Positions 1-9,157 of a DNA stretch of 60,216 nucleotides are shown here, in pieces; position 1 is the first letter of the stretch; each line of letters starts with the position of its first letter. This DNA is from a virus (Duplodnaviria; Caudoviricetes): the IMG/VR virus record IMGVR_UViG_3300026077_000003, positions 1 to 60,216 of that record; one strand, written 5' to 3'. The notes beneath the pieces were generated by a model. The model worked only from the letters and a program-made list of their open reading frames with translations. It did no database searches and was not told the origin of the DNA. Position numbers and translations under genes: made by a program.

Positions 1-1020
1 GTTACGAGTACAAACAACCGCATTTATGTTGGTTGGTTTGGAGTTCTAATGATTCCATGCTTGTTAGCTGCTGCTACTTGCTTTATCGTGGCGTTTATCG
101 CTGCTCCTCCCGTTGATATCGACGGGATCCGTGAACCTGTTGCAGGTTCATTCATGTATGGTAACAACATCATCTCTGGTGCTGTCGTTCCATCTTCCAA
201 CGCTATTGGTTTACACTTCTATCCCATCTGGGAAGCTGCCACACTAGATGAGTGGTTGTATAACGGAGGTCCATACCAGTTGGTTATCTTCCACTTCCTT
301 ATTGGAATCTCTGCTTACATGGGCAGACAGTGGGAACTATCATACCGTTTAGGTATGAGACCTTGGATCTGTGTTGCATATTCTGCACCAGTATCTGCTG
401 CCTTCGCAGTATTCTTAGTCTATCCTTTCGGACAGGGATCTTTCTCTGACGGAATGCCTCTAGGAATATCTGGAACATTTAACTTCATGTTTGTGTTCCA
501 AGCAGAGCATAACATTCTTATGCACCCCTTCCACATGGCAGGTGTTGCAGGTATGTTTGGTGGAGCACTCTTTAGTGCTATGCACGGTTCACTTGTTACA
601 TCTTCTTTGATCAGGGAGACAACCGACAATGAATCTCAGAACTATGGTTACAAATTTGGTCAAGAAGAGGAGACCTACAACATCGTTGCTGCTCATGGAT
701 ACTTCGGACGTTTAATCTTCCAGTATGCATCGTTTAACAACTCTCGTTCACTTCACTTCTTCCTAGCAACATTCCCTGTTGTTTGTATATGGTTAACCTC
801 TATGGGTATATGCACAATGGCATTTAACCTTAACGGATTTAACTTTAACCAATCAGTTGTGGATGCAAACGGTAAGGTCGTTCCTACATGGGGTGACGTA
901 CTGAACAGAGCGAACTTAGGTATGGAAGTTATGCATGAAAGAAATGCACACAACTTCCCACTTGATCTCGCTGCTGCTGAGACTTCCGAAGTTGCATTGG
1001 TTGCACCTAGCGTAGGCTAA
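1..1020 (+). CDS. psbA: Photosystem II D1 protein (5'-truncated by window edge)
   Basis: Frame open from base 1 ([19 protein letters not shown]); D1 motifs [31 protein letters not shown]; uninterrupted in the visible part. Confidence 0.99.
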   Translation, partial: VTSTNNRIYVGWFGVLMIPCLLAAATCFIVAFIAAPPVDIDGIREPVAGSFMYGNNIISGAVVPSSNAIGLHFYPIWEAATLDEWLYNGGPYQLVIFHFLIGISAYMGRQWELSYRLGMRPWICVAYSAPVSAAFAVFLVYPFGQGSFSDGMPLGISGTFNFMFVFQAEHNILMHPFHMAGVAGMFGGALFSAMHGSLVTSSLIRETTDNESQNYGYKFGQEEETYNIVAAHGYFGRLIFQYASFNNSRSLHFFLATFPVVCIWLTSMGICTMAFNLNGFNFNQSVVDANGKVVPTWGDVLNRANLGMEVMHERNAHNFPLDLAAAETSEVALVAPSVG

Positions 1021-1046
1021 AACCAAATTCACTTTTTGATTCCCAG

Positions 1047-1078
1047 ATACCCCGAAAAAAAATCGGGGTATTTTTTTT
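1047..1078 (+). terminator. Intrinsic terminator after psbA
   Basis: ataccccga/tcggggtat stem followed by T8. Confidence 0.85.
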
Positions 1079-1097
1079 CCCTGTAGGTTTTTTAAAA

Positions 1098-1361
1098 ATG
1101 CTTTTTCTAATTTCTTTAATGTCCTTCGCAAACTTTGTGTTCTATCCTTTAGTGATAGGATGTATCGTTGCATTTATTATTGAGTCCATCTTCAGAGCAC
1201 AAGGCAAGGCACCACAAGTCCTCAGGTCTATGGCAGTCCGAAAGTATTTCTGGAGACAGGCATGGTTGTTTAATATCATTTGGTTTGTTGGATACTTTAT
1301 ACTATTAATAGTAAACAGACCAGGTCAACAGGCAATGCCAGATCTCATCTGGCAAGGGTGA
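1098..1361 (+). CDS. Small membrane protein, hypothetical
   Basis: 87 aa with two hydrophobic segments. Confidence 0.7.
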   Translation: MLFLISLMSFANFVFYPLVIGCIVAFIIESIFRAQGKAPQVLRSMAVRKYFWRQAWLFNIIWFVGYFILLIVNRPGQQAMPDLIWQG

Positions 1362-1388
1362 ATAAATACTAAAAAACAATAGTATATA

Positions 1389-4300
1389 ATGAGTGTCACA
1401 GGACATACCTGTTACGGAGGATCAGGAGATAATGTTTGGGTAGCAGGGGATGATATTCCCTTGCTGCCTGATTCTGCTATTCCAGGACAGAATACTCAGC
1501 AGACACAAGGTTCTCCCGAACCACCAGTACCAACACTACCAGGTCAGGAGGTAAGAAATCTTGTTGGTAACTGTTATGGTCCTGTATCACCAGTACTAAT
1601 ACCAGATACTACACCTGACATACCAAGAACTACACAAGGACCACCTACTCCTCCAGTAGTAGAGGATCCAGGCGAAATAATAAGAACAATAGTTGCAAGG
1701 TGTTATCCTGTAGCACCACCACCAGTTGTTCCAGATATAGATCCACCAATACCTCCTTATATAATTGGTCCTATTGATCCATGTGAATTATTAGCACCCC
1801 TCAAGGAAGCTTTCCCTTCATTAGAGTTTCCATTCTGTCCTAACGATTGGACATGGCCAATAGATGTACCATGGAAACCAGATGGTCCTTATATTGGTAA
1901 GGGTAGTGATTGTGATAGAGTATTTGCAGGGTTATCTGATGGCACTGTTCGTAAGTCAGACGATAAGTTAAAGGTAAACATATATGTTGTCATACTTACA
2001 GGTGAAGAATTATATTGTGACCTAGGAGAAGATCCAGGTGATGAAGAGTGGGGTGAGTGTGTAAAGGAATCTATTAATTGTATCTTTAAACCATATGTTA
2101 CAGGTACATGGAGAGCACCTGCTGCTGATTGTGACACACAATACTTCCGTGGTCAGAACTCAGACAGTGGTGAGATATGTGTGAAGAACTGCTTTCCACA
2201 ACGTGTTCCGATCTATGAGTATAAGAAGGGTGAATCACCAGGAAATATTCAGATCATGCCTTTCGGTAGAGGATTCCACAACAAGAGACTATGTACTACA
2301 GATACCGCAGGTAACTGGACACAAGAGAAGGTAAGATGTGAAGGTGGTAACGCTGTGTTTAATAGTACAACCACACAGACACAGACCTTTACTTCTAATG
2401 GTATCACCATGACTGTTAAGGTCACACCTATTAATGATGGTGGTGAATATGATAGTAGTTGGTGGGTGCAATCATTCTCTGGTACCATGCCAGCAAAGGG
2501 TACTACATGGGAACATTCATGGAACGCTGGTAAAGGTACAGTATATGTAAAGGTTACTGTTATTGAGGGACCAGGTGCAGGTAATGATACTGCCTATGGT
2601 AGAGAAGCAATAGCACCTGCAGGATATAGTATGGTCACCAGTGAACCTGCGTTCTATATTCTGGACAGGAAAGCAAGAGGATCGATACCTTTATATAAGT
2701 TCTACTCATCTCAGAACGTTGATACATTCTTGACCACAAACCCAGGATCACCAGACACTGAGGGTGCAGGTGAACGTGCAACTATGAACGCACAAGGTAT
2801 GGGTGGTGGTACTATTCTGGGGTACGTTTATAGAAATAAAGAGGATGCCATGGGTACTTTGGCAGACTACGAAACGATACGACCTTTGCACAGGTACTAC
2901 TCATCCAGTACATCACCAACTATGAATGATCATAGTTATAGCTTACAGCAGATGGACATTGAGCAACCACCTGCGTATGGGAGGAAGCTAACGTACAGAT
3001 TACCAAACAATCCTAAGACAGCATGGATAGTAAGTTATAAGATGATCAAACCTGATGCTGCTTATAAGAACTCATGGGGTGTGTATATTGCAAGCGAGGA
3101 TGCTTCCACTATCTACTGGACTAAGACTATTAAATCTAATGTTAATGTTAACGATACTTATGGTCAGTTTGAGATACCAATAACTGTACTGAAGCAGTAT
3201 GCAAACAAGCAGATGGGATTCTATCTCATACCTGATGGACATGACTATGGTGTAGCAGATAATGATAGTCCTACATTTACTGTGTCTGGTGATGGATGGA
3301 AACGATCTGGTGGTAGTGCACAAAGTGATTGGGTCTTCTTCTCTAATCCAAACATGAATCCTGGTAACAGGACTAAGACTAGATGGACTGGTGACAACTG
3401 GCAGTGGTGGGAGGATCTTCTCAATGGTGATGATGATTACGATGACTTTAAGGTACACTTTGAGGTCATGGCACCAGGTTCTGCCTACAGATACGAAGGA
3501 GTGCAGTGTTACCTCTATGAAAGTGAAGCACCACCAAGAACTACCATACCTATCAAGACTAAGGATGAGTGTGCTACTAAGACATTTGATGGTGAGTTTA
3601 TGGATGTCGCACTGACTAGATCGGAGTGTGGTTCAGCTAATGTATCGTACGGTAAGGTAGGAGAGCATTCAGTACAATGTGCTGCGTGTACTGGTGGATA
3701 TGTTATAGAGATCAATAGAACTCAGACTATCAAGGCACTTAGAAGTGGTACCTATGAGATGAAAGCATTTGGATCCATCATTACTAATACAGAGACAGAC
3801 TGTATGACATTCCGCTTTACTCTTAAGAAGAATGGTAGTACAACAGTCCTTGATGAAACTTGGGAGGTTGCTACTTGGCCAGATGTTGGTAATACTCTTG
3901 GTAATTCTTTCACATTGGCAGAGGGTGATGAACTCACCTTTAAACTTGAGGATATTCTTAACGGTCCACCGTTCGGTAATGTGCAGGTCACCATGGCAAT
4001 GTTCGAGACTTCTAGACAGGAGTTTGAGACACCAGTTACATTACAGTTAGGTGCTATCTCTAATGATGATGTTGCTACCACTGGTAGTGAAGTTAACTCT
4101 AACAATCCTACAGGATCCTCTATCAAGAAGATGTCCATACAATTATGGAATCATCAGAAGAAAGACTGGTCAGTCAAGGTTACAGTCTGGGATAATGGAC
4201 AGGTTAATACAAATAATAATTGGAACAGTCAACTCTATGAAGCATCAGAGGGACAGAACTCTGAGTTTAAGGACGCATACTTCTCAGGTAATCCAACCAG

Positions 4301-5207
4301 TCAAGGTGGATGTATGGGATTGGATCCATGTCCTTACCCACTGTATGAGAACACAGTAAACTTACCAGGCACCATCATCAATCGTAACGGGCATATTATT
4401 TCTTCCCGTGTTGATCATTACAGACCATGGGAGGGTCAGTATGATGGTGGATGTTATTACAATTCATTGTTCGAACATGGTAGAGGACTGATAGTCAAAC
4501 CAGTTAACGACCTAGCAAGTTCCAATGAACTCAATGGTAAGTTGGATGAGTGGTCACACCATTCACAAGGTGCAGGTATTACATCATGGTATGTACAACC
4601 TTCTGTCAGTACAGCTAGTGATGCACAAGGTGCTATTGATGACATTGATGCTTACTATTCAGCAGGTATCCAAGCATGGAGTGGTGGTACTTCGGGGTCT
4701 GCCTACACTGGAATGTATAGTAAGCAATGCTTCATGCATGATTATGTGTTAGGTAAAGATGCTAGTGGTTCTAACAAACCTTATACTGATACTGATCCTA
4801 CAGGTAAGATACGAGTAGCAATTTGGCCATTTGCTGAGGACAGTGGAGATGGTGACCGAGACTACTGGGGTGCTGTTGTAGAACTGTTTGATGTGGTCAA
4901 TGCAGGTGCTGCCTATTGCCAAGGACAACAATTTGAGTTAGAATGGCCACCTGAGCAACCAGATGGTACAAAATACCAGTCATTACCTGGAACTACACCT
5001 TATTATCCTAAGGATGATCCAAGTTATTCATTCCCTAATGAGGTTGTGGTACCAGTCAGAGCATCCGATGATGACGATGACAATACTTTCACACCAAGGG
5101 AAGCGTTCTATCAAGAGTCACATAATAGGGACTCGAATGTCTGGGTACTGTGTCAACACAAGGTACACAGAATAAAATTTAAAATTACTATTGATGAGGT
5201 TACCTAA
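1389..5207 (+). CDS. Large putative virion surface/structural protein (Pro-rich N-terminus, DUF4114-like acidic motif)
   Basis: 1272 aa; late-promoter-like ATAAATA at 1362-1368; WEDLLNGDDDYDDFKV motif; PLYKFYS/PLHRYYS repeat. Confidence 0.7.
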   Translation: MSVTGHTCYGGSGDNVWVAGDDIPLLPDSAIPGQNTQQTQGSPEPPVPTLPGQEVRNLVGNCYGPVSPVLIPDTTPDIPRTTQGPPTPPVVEDPGEIIRTIVARCYPVAPPPVVPDIDPPIPPYIIGPIDPCELLAPLKEAFPSLEFPFCPNDWTWPIDVPWKPDGPYIGKGSDCDRVFAGLSDGTVRKSDDKLKVNIYVVILTGEELYCDLGEDPGDEEWGECVKESINCIFKPYVTGTWRAPAADCDTQYFRGQNSDSGEICVKNCFPQRVPIYEYKKGESPGNIQIMPFGRGFHNKRLCTTDTAGNWTQEKVRCEGGNAVFNSTTTQTQTFTSNGITMTVKVTPINDGGEYDSSWWVQSFSGTMPAKGTTWEHSWNAGKGTVYVKVTVIEGPGAGNDTAYGREAIAPAGYSMVTSEPAFYILDRKARGSIPLYKFYSSQNVDTFLTTNPGSPDTEGAGERATMNAQGMGGGTILGYVYRNKEDAMGTLADYETIRPLHRYYSSSTSPTMNDHSYSLQQMDIEQPPAYGRKLTYRLPNNPKTAWIVSYKMIKPDAAYKNSWGVYIASEDASTIYWTKTIKSNVNVNDTYGQFEIPITVLKQYANKQMGFYLIPDGHDYGVADNDSPTFTVSGDGWKRSGGSAQSDWVFFSNPNMNPGNRTKTRWTGDNWQWWEDLLNGDDDYDDFKVHFEVMAPGSAYRYEGVQCYLYESEAPPRTTIPIKTKDECATKTFDGEFMDVALTRSECGSANVSYGKVGEHSVQCAACTGGYVIEINRTQTIKALRSGTYEMKAFGSIITNTETDCMTFRFTLKKNGSTTVLDETWEVATWPDVGNTLGNSFTLAEGDELTFKLEDILNGPPFGNVQVTMAMFETSRQEFETPVTLQLGAISNDDVATTGSEVNSNNPTGSSIKKMSIQLWNHQKKDWSVKVTVWDNGQVNTNNNWNSQLYEASEGQNSEFKDAYFSGNPTSQGGCMGLDPCPYPLYENTVNLPGTIINRNGHIISSRVDHYRPWEGQYDGGCYYNSLFEHGRGLIVKPVNDLASSNELNGKLDEWSHHSQGAGITSWYVQPSVSTASDAQGAIDDIDAYYSAGIQAWSGGTSGSAYTGMYSKQCFMHDYVLGKDASGSNKPYTDTDPTGKIRVAIWPFAEDSGDGDRDYWGAVVELFDVVNAGAAYCQGQQFELEWPPEQPDGTKYQSLPGTTPYYPKDDPSYSFPNEVVVPVRASDDDDDNTFTPREAFYQESHNRDSNVWVLCQHKVHRIKFKITIDEVT

Positions 5208-5515
5208 TGAGTGAAGGGTTTGGAGAGAAGAAGACTAAGGCAGATCGTGATCTCCTTTCTTCTACTAGAGAGTTAGCAGCATTGCATAAGGTACTTAAGA
5301 AGTACCCACAAGACTCTGCAGGACGCAGGAAGATGCTGAAACGTATCAAGAAATACTATCGTGGTCCTTTAGCAGAACTAGATAGGATAGATATGAAACC
5401 ACCTGTGTTACCTACTGAACAGATCTCTACTGATGAAGAGATAGAAGCGTTCGAGAAGGATATGGTTACAGCACAACAAGCACAGGCATTCAGAGAGAAC
5501 CTTAGAAAAACATGA
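5207..5515 (+). CDS. Hypothetical protein
   Basis: 102 aa, TAATG-coupled to upstream gene. Confidence 0.75.
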   Translation: MSEGFGEKKTKADRDLLSSTRELAALHKVLKKYPQDSAGRRKMLKRIKKYYRGPLAELDRIDMKPPVLPTEQISTDEEIEAFEKDMVTAQQAQAFRENLRKT

Positions 5516-5811
5516 AGATTGATACACAAGGGATGAGCGGTCCTGCTGATCCTAATTACAAGGGTAGACCACTAGAAGAACAACAAAGGGAACTACCTAA
5601 AGCAATCATCAAACCTACGAGATTGTTTACTGAGAGTTATGTTAAGGAGATGAAGATCCTTATCAATGAAGTGTTGGATGAACGTGAGTATAAGAAGAGG
5701 TTAGCAGGAGCATACGATGATGTTAAACCTTTACCACCATCTTACTTTGATACTGAACACTTTAAACACTGTATTGATGACCCCGAACCAAATTATGAGG
5801 CATGGCAATGA
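5512..5811 (+). CDS. Hypothetical cyanophage protein
   Basis: 99 aa, ATGA overlap. Confidence 0.75.
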   Translation: MKIDTQGMSGPADPNYKGRPLEEQQRELPKAIIKPTRLFTESYVKEMKILINEVLDEREYKKRLAGAYDDVKPLPPSYFDTEHFKHCIDDPEPNYEAWQ

Positions 5812-5987
5812 GAATAACTGATGAAATTATAAAGAAGATACAACTAGCAATGGTTCACACCAAGAAAGATGGCACTGTCAACTGGAAGGATGGTGATGAG
5901 ATAGATGTATGTCTTGCTGGCACCTTTGCTGGCGATAAGTTTATTACTATCATTAATAGAACTCGTAGTAATACAACAAAGGTATAG
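5802..5987 (+). CDS. Hypothetical protein
   Basis: 61 aa (start may be 5808), in operon. Confidence 0.7.
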   Translation: MAMRITDEIIKKIQLAMVHTKKDGTVNWKDGDEIDVCLAGTFAGDKFITIINRTRSNTTKV

Positions 5988-5989
5988 TT

Positions 5990-6061
5990 ATGTGGTACGT
6001 TATGTTTTGGACAATCTTAATAATGTATGGTCTAATAAGAATAGGTGCATTTAAAAAGTGA
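5990..6061 (+). CDS. Tiny hydrophobic peptide MWYVMFWTILIMYGLIRIGAFKK
   Basis: 23 aa ORF exactly filling the gap, GTGA overlap with next gene. Confidence 0.5.
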   Translation: MWYVMFWTILIMYGLIRIGAFKK

Positions 6062-6678
6062 ACTGTGATCTTAACCTAGAAACAATAGGACCAGACATCT
6101 TCATGATGCGTTTGCCTGATCCCATAGTTGCTGAGTGTTGGATGATGACAGAAGCATGTAGGAAGATCAAGGAGCATCCTCTATCAGCACTCAAGATGCA
6201 TGAGAATGCAGGGTTCAGTAACGAGGGTGAGCGTGGTAACAGTTACCAATGTGCTGTACCAGTTCAGTTGGTGGACAATTCATACTGGTTGGCATTGATC
6301 TTAAGGATGGTTGCCCATGAGTTTGGTGGATTCCATCGTGACTATATGATACGCAGATACAGTGGTCACTTCGATGCTTATGATGTGTGGGCAAACTTTG
6401 CATACAAAGGAGACTACAACCCACCCCACATCCACAGTGCTGCGTACTCAGGGGTGATTTATGTTAAGAATCACAAACATCCTACCATTTTTACCCAAAG
6501 TGGTGTACAGTATGCAGGTGAAGAAGGAACAATGATTTTCTTTCCATCCGATACCGAACACATGGTTGAGGAGCAGACCTCTGATGAGGAAAGGATTACC
6601 ATTGCCTTTAACGTGTCAAGACAACCACAACGCAGGGTCTACAGACAATTACTGACTGACCGCTTGACACCATCGTAA
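6058..6678 (+). CDS. Fe(II)/2OG oxygenase, TIGR02466-like (HxH type)
   Basis: WANF..YNPPHIH..YSGVIYV..FPSDTEHMV..RITIAFN. Confidence 0.85.
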   Translation: MNCDLNLETIGPDIFMMRLPDPIVAECWMMTEACRKIKEHPLSALKMHENAGFSNEGERGNSYQCAVPVQLVDNSYWLALILRMVAHEFGGFHRDYMIRRYSGHFDAYDVWANFAYKGDYNPPHIHSAAYSGVIYVKNHKHPTIFTQSGVQYAGEEGTMIFFPSDTEHMVEEQTSDEERITIAFNVSRQPQRRVYRQLLTDRLTPS

Positions 6679-6739
6679 CCTTATGTTATGATGACCGAAC
6701 TCAACTGTCACACTCCCTAGTGTGCCAGTTGTATAAATA
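6664..6739 (+). promoter_or_regulatory. Composite promoter: sigma70 TTGACA-N17-TATGAT, inverted repeat, late TATAAATA
   Basis: TTGACA 6664-6669, TG-n-TATGAT 6684-6692, IR 6702-6731, TATAAATA 6732-6739. Confidence 0.8.
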
Positions 6740-6769
6740 ATACTGATACAAAGGACTCGAAACTATCGT

Positions 6770-6841
6770 AACCCTGTGTAGATGTCAAAAAGATTCCCAT
6801 GTCGGGGAGTCTATCATCCGCAGGTTTTTTTATGCCTTGCG
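6770..6841 (+). ncRNA. Structured 5' leader (candidate cis-regulatory RNA)
   Basis: Nested stems cctgtg/cgcagg, gatg/catc, agattccc/gggagtct; alternative gcagg/ccttgc. Confidence 0.55.
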
Positions 6842-6860
6842 AGATACTTTAAACAAAAAC

Positions 6861-7256
6861 ATGTCAATCAAATCAACAATCGCTGCTATCGCAGCATCTC
6901 CATTCCTACTCGCTGGTGCAGCTTTTGCTGGTCCATATGTGAATGTAGAAAGCAATCTCTCATATCCTGATGGAGATTATACAAGTGCTACTACTGAGTT
7001 CCATCTTGGATACGAAGGTACTGCAGGAACAGAAGGTAAGATCGCTTACTATGTACAAGGTGGTCCTTCACTAAACCATAGTGAAACTGCTGACGATACA
7101 GAGACAGAAATCTCTGGTAAGATCGGTGCATCTGTACCTGTTGCTGAAGATCTTGGTGTTTATGCTGAGTTATCTGGTGCTACTAATGGTGAAGACTCTA
7201 CTGGAGACACCGTTGTAGACTGGGGTGCTAAGCTTGGTGCTAAGTTCACATTCTAA
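6861..7256 (+). CDS. Outer-membrane beta-barrel (porin-like) protein
   Basis: Signal peptide ..AAFA/GPYVNVE, alternating beta pattern, C-terminal aromatic KFTF. Confidence 0.8.
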   Translation: MSIKSTIAAIAASPFLLAGAAFAGPYVNVESNLSYPDGDYTSATTEFHLGYEGTAGTEGKIAYYVQGGPSLNHSETADDTETEISGKIGASVPVAEDLGVYAELSGATNGEDSTGDTVVDWGAKLGAKFTF

Positions 7257-7282
7257 AACAGTTAGAATATACCAAACTAAAT

Positions 7283-7308
7283 AGGGATGTCACTGACATC
7301 CCTTTTTT
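7283..7308 (+). terminator. Intrinsic terminator (overlaps late-promoter-like CTAAATA 7277-7283)
   Basis: agggatgtca/tgacatccct inverted repeat then T tract. Confidence 0.85.
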
Positions 7309-7323
7309 ATTTCCAAGAGAATT

Positions 7324-7575
7324 ATGGCGAAATCACCAGGCGGTACAGTAATCTACACAAGAACTGGCTGCCCCTATTGCACAAAGATAAAAGAGGTGTA
7401 TAATATGAACGGTTGGTCATTCACAGAGTACCAACTCAACGTTCAGTACACCAGACCACAGTTTAAACAAGAGTTTGGACCTAATGCTACCTTCCCTCAG
7501 GTCGTGATCAACGGTCAGAAGATGGGTGGGTGTACTGAAACAGTAAAGTATCTACGGGAGTCACAACTACTTTAA
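7324..7575 (+). CDS. nrdC: Glutaredoxin (NrdC-like)
   Basis: CPYC active site, TFPQV, GG-C. Confidence 0.92.
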   Translation: MAKSPGGTVIYTRTGCPYCTKIKEVYNMNGWSFTEYQLNVQYTRPQFKQEFGPNATFPQVVINGQKMGGCTETVKYLRESQLL

Positions 7576-7949
7576 TGTCAAACTATGATCCTGATAATGA
7601 AGTCCTTTATTGCTTGCTCGATAAAGCACTAGACACTGCCATGCTAGAAGGCAGATTTCTTTTTAGTATGGATGGGTATCTAAAGGGACATGACTACACT
7701 CGTAGACAAACTACAGAGTTGTTAGAATCATCCCCCTACACAGAAATTACACAAACCATAGCAGAACTCGACGGTTATCTGCATGGTGACAAGATGTTAA
7801 AGGAAGCGTACGGTCATGTTACAAAAGCAAATGCTAGGAAGATTCTCAAGTACCTAACCAAGGTCAGGGATGAAGCATTGACCTACCACGAATCCAGAAA
7901 ACCAGGAAGACCCAAAGGATCTAAGAACAAAAAGAAACGCACTAAATAA
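7575..7949 (+). CDS. Conserved hypothetical cyanophage protein, basic C-tail
   Basis: 124 aa; LKEAYGHV..ARKI; KPGRPKGSKNKK. Confidence 0.8.
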   Translation: MSNYDPDNEVLYCLLDKALDTAMLEGRFLFSMDGYLKGHDYTRRQTTELLESSPYTEITQTIAELDGYLHGDKMLKEAYGHVTKANARKILKYLTKVRDEALTYHESRKPGRPKGSKNKKKRTK

Positions 7950-7974
7950 GAATGACATACTTGAGGACGCTTAC

Positions 7975-8217
7975 ATGGATCAGATTTCTTTTTACTATCT
8001 TGCGTTCTTCCTAACAATCGGTTCCTTTTTACTAGGATTTGTGGTATCATGGAACCTAAAGCATGTCTTTGATACATGGGTAGACAAAGCAGACTATGCT
8101 GCTGAGGTTATACATCCTGAGATGTATGACGAGGATGGTCAACTAGCATCTCCTGATGAGATACTATACTTGCGTTTTACTGATGTATCTGATACAATAG
8201 ATGACGATGAAGACTAA
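7975..8217 (+). CDS. Membrane-anchored hypothetical protein (DUF2973-like)
   Basis: N-terminal TM, HPEMYDEDG; late-promoter-like CTAAATA 7942-7948. Confidence 0.7.
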   Translation: MDQISFYYLAFFLTIGSFLLGFVVSWNLKHVFDTWVDKADYAAEVIHPEMYDEDGQLASPDEILYLRFTDVSDTIDDDED

Positions 8218-8220
8218 GTT

Positions 8221-8655
8221 ATGAAACTTTTATTATCTGAGGTGCTTCAGAAGGCACATAATGCCAAGACGAAAGCAGAGAAGGTTAACATCCTTCGTAA
8301 GAACAAGAGTGATGCTCTGGTCTCTGTGTTCATTATTAATTTTGATGAATCAGTAGTACCTGTGGTACCACTAGGTGAGGACGTACCTTACCGTAAGAAT
8401 GAAGCACCTGCGGGTACTGAGCATTCTAAATTAGAACATGAAGCAAGGATACTATTCCATTTCTTTAAGGGTGGTTCTAAACTCACTCCTATTAAGAGAG
8501 AAACCATGTTCATCCAACTGCTAGAAGGTCTGCATCAAGATGAAGCAGAGGTCGTAATCAAAGCAGTGAACAAGACATTACACAAAAGATATAAGATAAC
8601 ACAGTCATGTGTGAAGGAAGCATTTCCTGAGATCGTATGGGGTGGTAGATCATGA
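8221..8655 (+). CDS. Conserved T4-like cyanophage hypothetical protein
   Basis: KRETMFIQLLEGLH motif, usual position upstream of thyX. Confidence 0.8.
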   Translation: MKLLLSEVLQKAHNAKTKAEKVNILRKNKSDALVSVFIINFDESVVPVVPLGEDVPYRKNEAPAGTEHSKLEHEARILFHFFKGGSKLTPIKRETMFIQLLEGLHQDEAEVVIKAVNKTLHKRYKITQSCVKEAFPEIVWGGRS

Positions 8656-8933
8656 GGGTCTTAGTGCAAGATTGCAACTTAGAAAAAGACAACACAAAAG
8701 ATCTACCAGTTAATGCTTACATCGTTGAGTATGTAAAGGAAAACGAAACCAAACATGATATTGTAGTAACAGGTCATAATGGTACCATAGGTATCTTTGA
8801 TCACTACTGGGACTTATACAAGGAGGGATTAAAAGGATGGAACCAAGCGGATGGGAGAGTACCCGTAAGGCAATGGAAATCTATGCAAGAAGTAAAAGAC
8901 GACCAAAGCAAGAAGAAAAAGAAGAAGAGATGA
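8652..8933 (+). CDS. Hypothetical protein
   Basis: 93 aa, ATGA overlap. Confidence 0.75.
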   Translation: MRVLVQDCNLEKDNTKDLPVNAYIVEYVKENETKHDIVVTGHNGTIGIFDHYWDLYKEGLKGWNQADGRVPVRQWKSMQEVKDDQSKKKKKKR

Positions 8934-9157
8934 GTCCTTTCTATCAGTTTAAGGAAGGATATAAGGATGGTAAAGGGGATGATGAATACTATCAAGAACT
9001 AGGTTCCAAAGTTGTTGATAACTTCCTCAAGTTATTATTCGCACCGTTTATAGTATGGGGTGCATGGAACATAGTAGTACCTACATTGTTTGGACTACCA
9101 CCTATAGGATATGTTTATTCTTTAGCATTATACACCTTATTTAAAATACTTAGATGA
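8930..9157 (+). CDS. Small membrane protein
   Basis: Start at ATGA overlap (MSPFYQ); hydrophobic C-half. Confidence 0.65.
   Translation: MSPFYQFKEGYKDGKGDDEYYQELGSKVVDNFLKLLFAPFIVWGAWNIVVPTLFGLPPIGYVYSLALYTLFKILR

Noticed and set aside
420-953. Short antisense ORFs over psbA (and similar ones throughout the window)
   Set aside because: Fully nested in well-supported genes; expected from codon bias, with no independent signals
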